From assembly GCA_963765495.1 (NCBI GenBank), contig CAVXWP010000015.1, forward strand, positions 1-64,000: a DNA stretch of 64,000 nucleotides, written 5' to 3'. How positions within the stretch are numbered: the first letter of the stretch is position 1; each line of letters begins with the position of its first letter. The DNA comes from Blastocatellia bacterium (lineage in GTDB: Bacteria > Acidobacteriota > Blastocatellia > UBA7656). Made by a program: the position numbers and the translations under genes. Positions 1-10,000 of this stretch are shown in pieces. Under the pieces are notes generated by a model. The model worked only from the letters and a program-made list of their open reading frames with translations. It did not search any database and had not been told where the DNA came from.

Positions 1-1754
1 ACTGAAAGATCGCCTTCAGGTACTGGGTTACGGATTCTGTTTAAGGGCAAATTGCCGGGGCACGGATTGAATCGCACCGTTCGGGGAATGCATGCCGAAA
101 TTTATGATAGCGGCCGGTACCTTACTCTAACCGGCCACCATATCAAAGATACTCCAATAACGATAGAAGAAAACCAAGAAGTGCGAGTCAATTCTACCAA
201 TGGATTCTCGACAACACAGGCGCGAGCAGGCAACCAAACGTACGACCTGTCATTGATCCAAACCAGAAAGGGAAGGATTTAACAGACAATGAAGTGATGG
301 AATGCGCCATGAATGCGGCCAACAGCGCGAAATTTGAAAAGCTCTGGGATGGAGTTATAAGCGATTATGCAGACAGCACCCATCCAAATGGCAACCCTTC
401 GCGCGCCGATTCTGCAATGGTAAGCCTGCTCTGCTACCACTCTCTTGATGATGAGCAGGTTAAAAGGTTGTGGAAAGCCAGCGGACTCTATCGGAACAAG
501 CTAGAGCGCAAGGATTACGTCGAGCGAACAATCAATTTCATCCGCAAGACTCAAACTGATGCCTGTGTGAAAGTTCTTCCAGAAAAGAAAGGCGATAATA
601 TTAAGCCTTCTCCTGTCGGCGAGCCTAGAATTACCTCGGAATTTGATGACATAGTTTTACTAATGCTTACCCATCTTGAGCCGGTAGTTACAGAAGAGGA
701 CAAGCTTACCCTTCTCGCCTTGATAGGTATCTTCAACGGCCGAAAGACTGCTGCTATATCTCGCGGTATGCTGGCCCGACGCTTACGGCGGCTCGATAAC
801 AACGGAGCCGTGGCAAGCAGTAAAACCTTAGACCAGTTTGGAGGGCGCAGGCTTACTGCTCTTAAAAAGGCACTAAAACACTCAATAAATGTGCCTGTGC
901 TGACAGTCGTTGAGCATAGCAAAAAACGGGGCTTCGATAAGAGAATGCAAAAGCCTAAAGCCTCCCGGTACTCTCTTGACCTTTCGATCTTCCATGAGGC
1001 GCTTAGGCTTGCGCGCTACTACTATGACGAATGGTGCGACGGTAAGCCCCGTTTCAAAGAATGGCAGGGAGATAAAGATTATCAGCCAAAGCCGAATCCT
1101 GGGAAGTGTCGAGAGGTGGCAGCGCAAGAGGTCGTGCGCAAATATAGCAAGCTAAATCAGCCGAAGGAGTCAGAACCGCAAGTGTCTAAGCCGGACGATT
1201 TCAGCAGATGGGTAGGATCGGAAAAAGCAATTTTTCGGGCAGCAGGTGAATGGGCCGATGCGGTTGATGGCCTCGGCAAGACAACCCAGGACCGCAGGGT
1301 GTTTGCAGGTCGCTTGTTGGACCGGACAAAGCTAATTCTACTCCAAAAAGATAAGCGTGAACGTTGCCGCATGTTGTTGAAATTATTACAGGATAGCAAA
1401 ACTGATGGGGAAGGGCATACCTTCATGCATGAAGGTATGCTTTCTAGTGATCCCACCTGTAGTCATGATGGTGTGAATAATAATGGCGACAGGAAAGATT
1501 CAATCTATGAGCAACAATTACAGCAGTGGCGAGTGCTCGGCGAAATTTCAGCGGAAAAACCTAGAGCGGTAATCTGGCACAAAAAGGACTTTGATGAAAT
1601 AAAGACCGCCATAGGGATCCTTGACGAACCGGGTACAGACGGCACTCTTTATGTCAAGATCTTGGAGTGTGCGGCAGGCTTGCCCTTCCATGAGCTTGAG
1701 TTCTTACCATCTGCATATGACCTCATCGGAGACGAAATGGAGAGTTTTGCATGA
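1..1754 (+). pseudogene. NrS-1-like primase-polymerase/replication protein, 5'-truncated by the window edge, with an apparent frameshift near nt 184
   Basis: Frame 1 reads TERSPSGTGLRI...EIYDSGRYLTLTG (primpol motifs) and stops at 282. Frame 3 continues SQFYQWIL...LTDNEVMECAMNAANSAKFEKLWDG...SRADSAMVSLL (helix-bundle domain) to 1754. Confidence 0.65.
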
Positions 1755-2197
1755 ATCCGTATAACCACGCATTTGGAATCTCTTACATTAATGCGACCAA
1801 AATCTTGGCGCAGATAAAGGCGGCTGGCTTGAAGACGGATATTAGAAACGGTGTGTTATTCATCGGGCCAAGCTCTCGAATCAGTGAAGACCTGCGAGGG
1901 CACATTAGAGATCATTCGCCTGAATTGCTGGGGCTGGTTGCCATCGAAGATGTTGACGTGGCATGGCGTGTTGGTGCGATGTTGCGGCAGTTAAAGCCGC
2001 TCAATTGGCCCTGTCCGATTCCTTGCCTATTCGCCCATCCTGATGCGAAGCCAAACCCGGAAGAGTGCAAGTCGTGTGGCGAGGTTCTCAACATGGGCGA
2101 AGGCAATTCTCTTATCTGTGGACCATGCGCACGGGCCAAACAGCTTGCAATCGAGCTATGGATGCAAAGGCCAGCCAACATAGCGAATGTTGCTTGA
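1751..2197 (+). CDS. Small element protein with TubC-N-like N-terminus and Cys-rich (CxxC..CxxC) C-terminus
   Basis: ILAQIKAAGLKTDIRNGVLFIGPSSRISEDLRGHIRDHSPELLGL pattern; CKSC and CGPC pairs; ATGA overlap with the upstream gene. Confidence 0.6.
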   Translation: MNPYNHAFGISYINATKILAQIKAAGLKTDIRNGVLFIGPSSRISEDLRGHIRDHSPELLGLVAIEDVDVAWRVGAMLRQLKPLNWPCPIPCLFAHPDAKPNPEECKSCGEVLNMGEGNSLICGPCARAKQLAIELWMQRPANIANVA

Positions 2198-2256
2198 AGC
2201 ATTGTGAGATAAATACTTGATCTCTGCATTGTCAGACCCGTCCAAGTAGAAAGGAA

Positions 2257-4860
2257 TTGATGAGCGCACCTGCTTTACATCGAACCACTTTTGAAACGAG
2301 CCGATTGCTTGAGTTCTTCACTGAAAAAGAACTCCAAATGCAGATCGGCTATCCGGCTCCGCTTTGGCCCGTCGCGCTCGTCAAAGAACTTATAGACAAT
2401 GCGCTCGATGCCTGCGAATCGGCCAGCATTCGATCTGAGATCGCCATCACCATTGAGAGCGATTCTGTCAGCGTGGCAGACAATGGCCCCGGCATCCCTT
2501 CCTCTACTATCGAGCGGTCCCTTGACTATTTTAATAGCGTGAGCGACAAGGCACACTATGTCAGCCCGACGCGCGGCCAGCTAGGGAACGCATTAAAATG
2601 CGTATGGGCTGCGCCTTACGTTGCCAGCGGACAGATTGCTGGATGTATTGAAGTATCAACCTGCGGACAGATTCACTATGTAGATGTGACACTTGATCGC
2701 ATAGCTCAAATACCAAACTTGGTGCATCGAGTAGTAACTGATGGGCTTGTAAAAAACGGCACTCTTGTAAGAATGCACTGGTCAGAGATAGCTGGATTGC
2801 TCGATAAACGATACTTGCTTGATTCTTACATAACACCGAACATTGAAACCCTTGTGAATGGATATTCTCTATTCAATCCTCACGCGCAATTCAGCTTATT
2901 GATGGATGGCGAGGAGGTTTTGTGTCCGGCAATGCAGGCGGATTGGCAGAAATGGAAGCCTAACAATCCGACTTCGCCTCACTGGTACACGCTTGAAAGA
3001 ATCAAATCGCTGATCGCTGCTTATGTGACTGCGGAGCGCAGTGGCGGTAAAGCTCGCACCGTCCGCGAATTTGTTTCTGAGTTCGCGGGTTTGACCGGGA
3101 CAGCCAAGCAGAAGGCTGTGACTGATGAGGCCGAGCTATCAGGTGCCTACTTACATGATCTCGTTGATGGCGGTGATATTGCGAGTGATCAAGCAAGTTG
3201 GCTGCTCCAGGCGATGAAATTGGCTTCACGAACTATTAGGCCCTCTGCACTCGGTGTGATCGGGCAAGAGCACCTGAAACAGAAAATGGCGGAAGACGGG
3301 GTCGCACCTGAAAGCATCCGGTATAGGAAAGTCGAAGGTGTTGCAGGCGGTGCTCCGTTTGTTCTGGAAGTAATATTTGGCGCATACGAAGATGGTGAGT
3401 ATGACGAAAACAGGCGGCAAACCTTTGTGGGCCTGAATTGGACGCCGTTGCTGAGAAATCCAATCTCGCGGCTCTCTGATCTCCTTGGGCAGATGCGTGT
3501 CAACAGAGGCGATCCTGTCTTGCTAATTGTTCACTTGGCCAGCCCTCGGCTTGAGTTCACGGATCGGGGTAAGAGTTCGCTTGCCGCTGGTTCTGAAATA
3601 CTCGCGGCTTTAGAAAAGTGCGTGACTGGTGTTGCAACTCAATGGAAACAGGAGAAGCGCCACGCTGACCGCAATGATAGGCTCAACAGGCAAGCGTTAG
3701 AGCGAGTAAGGCGCTCAACTCAAGCCAGAGTGATGAGTATCAAGGATGCCTCGTATAGAGCGATGGAGCAAGCGTATATGGATGCGAGCGCAGGCGGAAG
3801 TTTACCGGCGAATGCTCGTCAGATAATGTACTCGGCTCGGCCTCTGGTGCTGAAACTGACAGGGGGTAGGCTCTGGAAAGAATCATCCACCTTCACTCAA
3901 CAATACTTGAATGATTTCATAGAAGACAATCCGGCGCTCACGGGTAACTGGAATGTTGTATTCGATGCACGCGGCCAGTTCATTGAACCTCATACGGCGC
4001 GTCGAGTCGAGCTTGGAACGCTCGGTGTGCGACAGTATGTGCAAAGCTGGTCTGACGACATCTCAGAAGATCCAAAAATCGAGCTTGAAATTCATTCTCC
4101 GACATCCGGCCCGTCGAATCGTTACAAGTTCGTGCTGTTTGTCGAGAAAGAAGGGTTTAACGAGTTATGGAAAGCCGTTGATCTGGCGAGTCGTTACGAC
4201 ATTGCGATAATGAGCACTAAAGGGATGTCTGTCACGGCAGCGCGCGAGTTGGTCGAAAGACTATCGGAGCGGGGCGTAACAATTTTGGTTTTGAGAGACT
4301 TCGACAAGAGCGGGTTTTCGATAGTACACACGCTGAAGACGAATACGCGGCGCTATCGGTTCAAAACCAAACCGAAAGTGATTGATTTGGGTTTGAGGCT
4401 CGCGGACATTAAGGAACTCAACCTACAAAGCGAATATGTAAGCTACAACTGCAAGGTGGACCCGCGTGAGAATCTAAGAGCCAGAGGAGCGACAAAGAAA
4501 GAATGCGATTTCCTTGTGCATCATGGGTCCGAAGGCACGAACTGGCATGGGGAGCGTGTGGAATTGAATGCGCTGGGATCATCTCGGTTGGTCGAGTGGT
4601 TAGAGCGTAAGCTGCAATTTGTAGGGGTCGAAAAGCTAATCCCTTCAAACGATGTGCTGGCTGAGGCATACCAGCGAGCCGTGATAGTTGCAAGATTGCA
4701 AATGTTAATTGGAGAAGCGCTTGCGGAAGGCCCAGGTGAAATCGTAATACCGTCAGATTTGGCGAAACGCATACGAAGCAGCATTAAGGGCAAGTCGCTT
4801 TCTTGGGATGAAGCAGTCTTTAAGATGGCGTCTAACGACATGAACGAGCCAATAGAGTGA
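2257..4860 (+). CDS. Single-chain type IIB DNA topoisomerase (Topo VI B-A fusion, Topo VIII-like)
   Basis: GHKL motifs KELIDNALDA, DNGPGI, RGQLGNALK, GT; H2TH/transducer-like middle; winged-helix RQIMY (candidate catalytic Tyr); TOPRIM VEKEG and DFDKSG; RVELNAL. Confidence 0.85.
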   Translation: MMSAPALHRTTFETSRLLEFFTEKELQMQIGYPAPLWPVALVKELIDNALDACESASIRSEIAITIESDSVSVADNGPGIPSSTIERSLDYFNSVSDKAHYVSPTRGQLGNALKCVWAAPYVASGQIAGCIEVSTCGQIHYVDVTLDRIAQIPNLVHRVVTDGLVKNGTLVRMHWSEIAGLLDKRYLLDSYITPNIETLVNGYSLFNPHAQFSLLMDGEEVLCPAMQADWQKWKPNNPTSPHWYTLERIKSLIAAYVTAERSGGKARTVREFVSEFAGLTGTAKQKAVTDEAELSGAYLHDLVDGGDIASDQASWLLQAMKLASRTIRPSALGVIGQEHLKQKMAEDGVAPESIRYRKVEGVAGGAPFVLEVIFGAYEDGEYDENRRQTFVGLNWTPLLRNPISRLSDLLGQMRVNRGDPVLLIVHLASPRLEFTDRGKSSLAAGSEILAALEKCVTGVATQWKQEKRHADRNDRLNRQALERVRRSTQARVMSIKDASYRAMEQAYMDASAGGSLPANARQIMYSARPLVLKLTGGRLWKESSTFTQQYLNDFIEDNPALTGNWNVVFDARGQFIEPHTARRVELGTLGVRQYVQSWSDDISEDPKIELEIHSPTSGPSNRYKFVLFVEKEGFNELWKAVDLASRYDIAIMSTKGMSVTAARELVERLSERGVTILVLRDFDKSGFSIVHTLKTNTRRYRFKTKPKVIDLGLRLADIKELNLQSEYVSYNCKVDPRENLRARGATKKECDFLVHHGSEGTNWHGERVELNALGSSRLVEWLERKLQFVGVEKLIPSNDVLAEAYQRAVIVARLQMLIGEALAEGPGEIVIPSDLAKRIRSSIKGKSLSWDEAVFKMASNDMNEPIE

Positions 4861-4935
4861 CAACGATTTCGAATTGATTAAAGCAGTTGATGCCAGCGTA
4901 GCAATGCGGCTCAACGGCAGGACTGAGGTAGACGT

Positions 4936-5403
4936 ATGAGTAACGCAATAACATCGCCGGGTAATGATAACGGCCCATGCTTGAATCCGTGCTCGCACAT
5001 TGATTGCATCGCCGCGAGGCAGATCGCAACCGAACTCTGCCGAGTGTGCCACGAGCGGATCGGGTATGAAAAGCCTTTCTATATAGAGCCGGACAGTAAG
5101 GTGCATAAAAGTTGCCTCGAAGATGAGCTATTGAAGAAACTCAGCGCAGGTATGCCCGGGGCCGAGGTTCGATTTCTAACATACGAAGAGACTGCTGAAC
5201 TTCTACGGGTCGAAGTCGGAACGCTCCGCAATTGGGTCTCGCAAGAGAAGATTCCTTATAGAAAAGCAGGTGGCAATATTCTGTTTCTGCTTGAAGAGAT
5301 TTTAGCGTGGACGGTTCCACAGACGAGAAAACAAGGCTCTGAGAAAAGACAAAGCGGACAATCGAATCGCAGTAAATCAACTAGACTCTCGCCTGTTTCA
5401 TAG
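4936..5403 (+). CDS. Excisionase-like HTH protein with N-terminal Cys/His zinc-finger-like region
   Basis: FLTYEETAELLRVEVGTLRNWVSQEKIPYRKAGG (HTH_17-like); CRVC...HKSC; directly upstream of the integrase. Confidence 0.8.
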   Translation: MSNAITSPGNDNGPCLNPCSHIDCIAARQIATELCRVCHERIGYEKPFYIEPDSKVHKSCLEDELLKKLSAGMPGAEVRFLTYEETAELLRVEVGTLRNWVSQEKIPYRKAGGNILFLLEEILAWTVPQTRKQGSEKRQSGQSNRSKSTRLSPVS

Positions 5404-5460
5404 ATAGGATTTCATCAGTCCTTTCTGGCTGATGGCAACGGCTTGAGAAAGGAGCTTTCA

Positions 5461-6546
5461 ATGGTTCGAGAGAGACCAAAGAAAAGCGGCAACTGGTATT
5501 ACGATTTTATGATCAAGCGGATAAGGTATCGAGGCGCGATACCGGAAGCCAGAACGAAAGAGCAAGCGAAGAATGCCGAAGCCGCTGTGCGAAAGGCTGT
5601 CTTTGATGGAACCTACGGCAGCCCTTCGGGCACAGCGAGCTTCATAGAGTATGCTGAGAAGGTTTTCTTGCCATGGTCAAAGGAATATAAGCGCTCAACC
5701 AGCGACCAGTATCACATAAAAACTTTCAAAGGCTACTTTTCAAACAAGAGCTTCAGAGAGATTACACCCATGTTGATCGAAAAATTCAAGCGGGAAAGGC
5801 GGCAAGGCATTACGCGCTACAAAATCGAACGCAAGCCTGCGTCCGTCAATCGTGAGCTTGCATTGCTGTCGAAGATTTTCAACATGGCGATCCGCGATGG
5901 ACTCACCGATACAAATCCTTGTGAGAAAGTTCAAAAACTGCGAGAGGACAATAAGCGCACACGCTACTTACTGCCAGAGGAAGAGAATAGTTTGATGGCA
6001 GTACTTACGGGAACCCGCGCTCACTTGCGGCCAATCGTGCTTCTGGCGATATACACAGGGATGCGTAAAGGCGAAATTCTATCGCTCACTTGGCCGCAGG
6101 TTGATTTCATGCGTAATGTAATCCACCTGATAACAACCAAGTCCGACAAGGCGCGTAGCGTGCCGATGAGCGAGTTGGTGAGGAATGAGTTGCTCAACCT
6201 CAAAGCTGGATCAAATGGTTCTGAGTTTGTCTTTGTCAGCGTAAGAACAGGCCGAGCGCTCGGATGGATCAAGAGAGCTTTCGTTTCTGCTTGTAGAGAA
6301 GCAGGGATCGAGAATCTGCACTTTCACGATCTGCGTCATACTGCGAGCACACGGTTAGCTGATAATGGCGTTGACCCGTTCACGATTGCTCAGATACTCG
6401 GCCATTCAGATTTGAGGATGACGGCGCGTTACACTCACGCGACGGATCATAGTCTCAGAAGGGCTGTTGAAGGGTTGGCGGAATATAACCAACCTGAAAA
6501 AGATTGTCACAAGATTGTCACAAACGAAAAACGGAAGGCCGGTTGA
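5461..6546 (+). CDS. Tyrosine recombinase/integrase
   Basis: TGMRKGEI (R), HDLRH, LGH, TARY catalytic motifs; N-terminal arm-binding-like WYYDFMIKRIRYR; AAGGAG precedes ATG at 5461. Confidence 0.95.
   Translation: MVRERPKKSGNWYYDFMIKRIRYRGAIPEARTKEQAKNAEAAVRKAVFDGTYGSPSGTASFIEYAEKVFLPWSKEYKRSTSDQYHIKTFKGYFSNKSFREITPMLIEKFKRERRQGITRYKIERKPASVNRELALLSKIFNMAIRDGLTDTNPCEKVQKLREDNKRTRYLLPEEENSLMAVLTGTRAHLRPIVLLAIYTGMRKGEILSLTWPQVDFMRNVIHLITTKSDKARSVPMSELVRNELLNLKAGSNGSEFVFVSVRTGRALGWIKRAFVSACREAGIENLHFHDLRHTASTRLADNGVDPFTIAQILGHSDLRMTARYTHATDHSLRRAVEGLAEYNQPEKDCHKIVTNEKRKAG
6500..6521. repeat. 11-bp direct repeat AAGATTGTCAC x2, candidate integrase arm-type binding sites
   Basis: Perfect tandem repeat about 50 bp from the tRNA 3' end (att region). 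Confidence 0.5.
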
Positions 6547-6570
6547 CCTTCCGCTAATCGTTGAAATGAT

Positions 6571-6646
<76 letters not shown>

Positions 6647-6788
6647 ATACGTATCGGCCGGAATGAATTGACCTGCGCTGTCTGCTCAACGGCGCAGGTC
6701 AATAGTAGCAAAGGGGTTTTTGTTGAGTCAACCCGGTCTCAGTCTGTCCTTTCGCTCGCATCTTTACCGAGATTCGTCATCGGTGCGA

Positions 6789-8816
6789 TCACATGCTGTT
6801 GGATGAAGACCGCTCACGTTTATAGGGCTGTCCGAGATATTTCTCGGCTGCTTTTTGAGCCCCGTTGTAATTGCTGCCTGTCTCTTTTGCTTTGTTGTAT
6901 TCGGCTACGGCTCGGTCGCGTTGGTCTTCCGCGTCATAGGAATTACCACGGTATATATATGACCATACTTCGATCCAGGTGGGTTCGAGGTCGCCGTTTA
7001 GAGCCTCCGTAAAGGCATCCTTGGCCTTTTGCCAGTTACGCTGTTCCATATAGAGCAGGCCAATGTTATACCACGCCCAGGAGGAGCGCGGGTTGAGCTT
7101 CAGCGCGGCTCGGAACTGGTCTTCGGCTTCGGCATACTCTTCGCGCTGGAAATGCTGTATCCCGCGTCGCACGACCACAGATGTTCGCAAGGCATCCGAA
7201 ACGCGCAGATAGCGGTTATCCGGGTCCACTATGACATCGAGCGGCTTGCCGTCGGATGTGATCGTAAAATCGGCCGAGGTGCCTTGCAGATCAACCGTGG
7301 TCTTTTCTTCCCGACCGCCTTCGGCTTCCATTTCTACGACTACGGGACCTCGGAAATTATCGAGGTTTTGACGAACGGTTCCGCGCACTTTGAATTTGCC
7401 TTCTCGGGTTCGGATTATCGCGTAATCTACATTGAATTCGGGAACGCCGGTCGAATCCACCCACAGGCCGAAGAATCCGCGCATGCTCGCTCCGGCGATC
7501 TTGTCGGCTAATGCCTCGAAATCATCTATGTTGGCGTTCTTGCCTTTGTAAGTCGAATAATAGGTCTTGAGCAGGTTAAAGAATTTATCGTCTCCAATCG
7601 TGCTTCGCAGCATGTGATAGACGTACGCACCTTTATAGAAGACTATCGAACGGTAGGCAGGCGACTGATCGTTGACCGCCGCGGGCGCTCGCGCAATTGA
7701 TGCTTCCTGCTCGAATGCGAGAGCCAGTTCCAGTATCTCGGCGAGCGTGCCCTGGAATTCGGCCTGGCTTTGACGCGACTCCCTGTAGAGCACGGATGAG
7801 TATTCGGCAAGTCCCTGTGATAACCAGGCGGAATCGAAGTTGTTCAATCCGACTGCCTGTCCCCACCACTGATAGGCCACTGTGCGCGCCAGATCCTCTA
7901 CGGGAAGCTCCTTGTCGGAAGCCAGCATGCTGTGTGAGAGAAAGGCTATTCCGGGGCCGTTGTAGGTTTCCAGCGTTTCGTCATCCACTTCGGCCACTAC
8001 ATAACGCGAGCCGAAGGCGTAAGGGCCAAAGCGAGTGTTATAGAATTGAAGTACCTGCGCTATCTCCTGGCCGAATTCTTCGACGCGGCTCTCGCTGCCG
8101 GGATAAACAAAAAGATCAATCTGCATGCCTGCGGAATTGATCGTCCGGGTGATGAACTGCCCTGCGGCAAACGACCCTGGCAAGGCCGGGTCCTTCTCGG
8201 TAAAGGTGAAGGCCTTGCGCCCGTCTTTTGTAGGTGTAGAGATTATCGGCGTAGAGCTGTGAGCGGCAATCTGCCAGTCGCCGGGCACCGTGACGGTGAT
8301 TTCGGATGTCGCGCGGTCAGCCGCGTATCCGTGAAAAGGAAACCACCGCGCGGCATAAAACATGTAAGAGCCACCCGGGCCTACATAGGCCAGCGCCTTA
8401 TCGGGGAGCGGGCCGCCTTCGGGTGTGGCAAGCGGGCCGCTGTAATCGAATGTCAAGGTGATGTCTGCGCCTGCCTGATACAATTGCCCCAGATTTACCT
8501 TTACATTCAACTCGTTAACACGGTCCTGAATAAACTGAAGTTCTGTCTTGCCGTCCGGCCCTTTTACGCTCGAAATAATGAGCGAGCCATTCATCTCAAG
8601 CACAGCCGATTGCGTCTGCTTGAGAGCCTTAAAAGAGACTACAGTCTGCGCCTTGAGCGTGTGCGATTCGGGCAGCAACTCGGCGTTGATCCTGTAGCTG
8701 GTTATGTCAATCGTTGCGCCTTCTTCTGTCTGAGCTTGTGCGCCTGGAACCAGAGCAAACCCCAGCAGGAGAGCGAGCGCCAATAGCACCTTCCTATTGA
8801 TCTGTCCCAATATCAT
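6789..8816 (-). CDS. Secreted M1-aminopeptidase-fold protein with C-terminal TPRs; zinc motif degenerate
   Basis: Signal peptide; LARTVAYQWWG...WLSQGLAEY in place of HExxH...E; IVFYKGAYVYHMLR; TPR helices at C-terminus. Confidence 0.8.
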   Translation of the reverse strand: MILGQINRKVLLALALLLGFALVPGAQAQTEEGATIDITSYRINAELLPESHTLKAQTVVSFKALKQTQSAVLEMNGSLIISSVKGPDGKTELQFIQDRVNELNVKVNLGQLYQAGADITLTFDYSGPLATPEGGPLPDKALAYVGPGGSYMFYAARWFPFHGYAADRATSEITVTVPGDWQIAAHSSTPIISTPTKDGRKAFTFTEKDPALPGSFAAGQFITRTINSAGMQIDLFVYPGSESRVEEFGQEIAQVLQFYNTRFGPYAFGSRYVVAEVDDETLETYNGPGIAFLSHSMLASDKELPVEDLARTVAYQWWGQAVGLNNFDSAWLSQGLAEYSSVLYRESRQSQAEFQGTLAEILELALAFEQEASIARAPAAVNDQSPAYRSIVFYKGAYVYHMLRSTIGDDKFFNLLKTYYSTYKGKNANIDDFEALADKIAGASMRGFFGLWVDSTGVPEFNVDYAIIRTREGKFKVRGTVRQNLDNFRGPVVVEMEAEGGREEKTTVDLQGTSADFTITSDGKPLDVIVDPDNRYLRVSDALRTSVVVRRGIQHFQREEYAEAEDQFRAALKLNPRSSWAWYNIGLLYMEQRNWQKAKDAFTEALNGDLEPTWIEVWSYIYRGNSYDAEDQRDRAVAEYNKAKETGSNYNGAQKAAEKYLGQPYKRERSSSNSM

Positions 8817-9174
8817 CCTGTTCTGCTTCCTTCTTTTTGATTACATTTGTAGAGATATAAATTATAGCATCCTGTTTACCGGCAATACTAGTACGGCCAT
8901 TTGTAAATGTTCGGATGCCACCGTCACCGCCATTAACAGGGAATGATCGGACGATCGCTTCTTGCGGAAGCATATGCCAACCCCTTTGACCCTGTCGGGC
9001 ATCTCACTCTCACACAGTTGAAGTAAACTCCTCTGTTTAACCACACGATTTCGTGTGAACACATCCCATAACAAGAGTTAAAGCAAAGGCCGAGCAGACC
9101 AGGCTCGCTCTCGCCGTTTTTTATAAGTTGTGCCATTAGTGTATTTACGGGCGCTCGTGGGCTGCTCGGCATTC

Positions 9175-9190
9175 TGGCACGTCAATCGCT
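9175..9190 (+). promoter_or_regulatory. Candidate sigma54 (-24/-12) promoter for the ECF sigma gene
   Basis: TGGCACGTCAATCGCT: GG-N10-GC spacing, one mismatch to TTGC. Confidence 0.55.
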
Positions 9191-9257
9191 CTATGATAGG
9201 ACAGGTTCTCAGGATAGAGAACGCTGAACGCGCGAGCGGGCGCAGTATATTGGAGGG

Positions 9258-9839
9258 ATGATAAAGATGGCAACCAACGCAATTTCGATCAAAGCCGATA
9301 CCGGCGTCAGCGCGGCACTCGCCGGTGATTCAATGAGCGGATTTGAAGAGCTCTATCGTAAACACTATCGCAGGGTCTATTCGATATGCCTCAGGATGAC
9401 GGGCAACGTGGCCGAGGCCGAGGACCTGACTCAGGAAGTATTCATACAACTGAGCCGCAAACTGGGATCGTTTCGCGGCGAGGCAGCCTTTACCACCTGG
9501 CTGCATCGTCTGACCGTAAACCAGGTGCTCATGCACTTTCGCAAGCGGTCTGTGAAATCCGAACTGACAACCGATGACGGGGAGATGCCCGACTCGGTTG
9601 ATCCCGAAACGATAAATCCGGAAGCGATGCCTATCGTTGATCGCATTGCGCTTGAGAATGCCATTGCTCAACTGCCCCCCGGCTACCGCTCGGTGTTCGT
9701 GCTGCACGACGTAGAAGGTTACGAACACGAAGAGATAGCCAGGATACTGGGATGCAGTTCCGGGACATCCAAGTCTCAGTTACACAAAGCGAGATTGAAG
9801 CTGCGTCGCCTGCTCCAGCAGCGCGCCGAAGCCGCCTGA
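9258..9839 (+). CDS. ECF RNA polymerase sigma factor
   Basis: [17 protein letters not shown] (region 2); [23 protein letters not shown]...[11 protein letters not shown] (region 4); GGAGG RBS. Confidence 0.95.
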   Translation: MIKMATNAISIKADTGVSAALAGDSMSGFEELYRKHYRRVYSICLRMTGNVAEAEDLTQEVFIQLSRKLGSFRGEAAFTTWLHRLTVNQVLMHFRKRSVKSELTTDDGEMPDSVDPETINPEAMPIVDRIALENAIAQLPPGYRSVFVLHDVEGYEHEEIARILGCSSGTSKSQLHKARLKLRRLLQQRAEAA

Positions 9840-9864
9840 AATATTTTCCGATCTGTGGGAAAAG

Positions 9865-9903
9865 AGGCTGCCAGTCATCGAACTGGCAGCCTTTGTAGTT
9901 TTT
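9865..9903 (+). terminator. Intrinsic terminator
   Basis: AGGCTGCCAGT-catcga-ACTGGCAGCCT stem followed by a T-rich tract. Confidence 0.75.
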
Positions 9904-10000
9904 ATATCACTGCGTTAAGTCTTAAAGTTTCCGGCTATATATACTTCTCACTTAAACCTCGATCTGCTAGCATGTGTTATCACTCTAACGCGGTCAGGAT

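Noticed and set aside
8046-8786. 246-aa ORF and other long antisense ORFs (e.g. 28898-29587, 40589-41518, 53336-54244, 57124-57930)
   Set aside because: Shadow frames opposite well-supported genes in GC-rich DNA; no recognisable motifs.
9120-9135. Minus-strand TGGCAC as a sigma54 promoter for the M1-like gene
   Set aside because: No GC at the -12 position (TGGCACAACTTATAAA).
9258-9839. First ECF sigma as a member of the CHAT operon
   Set aside because: Followed by a strong terminator and not closely similar to the second sigma; treated as a separate unit, though a regulatory link is possible.
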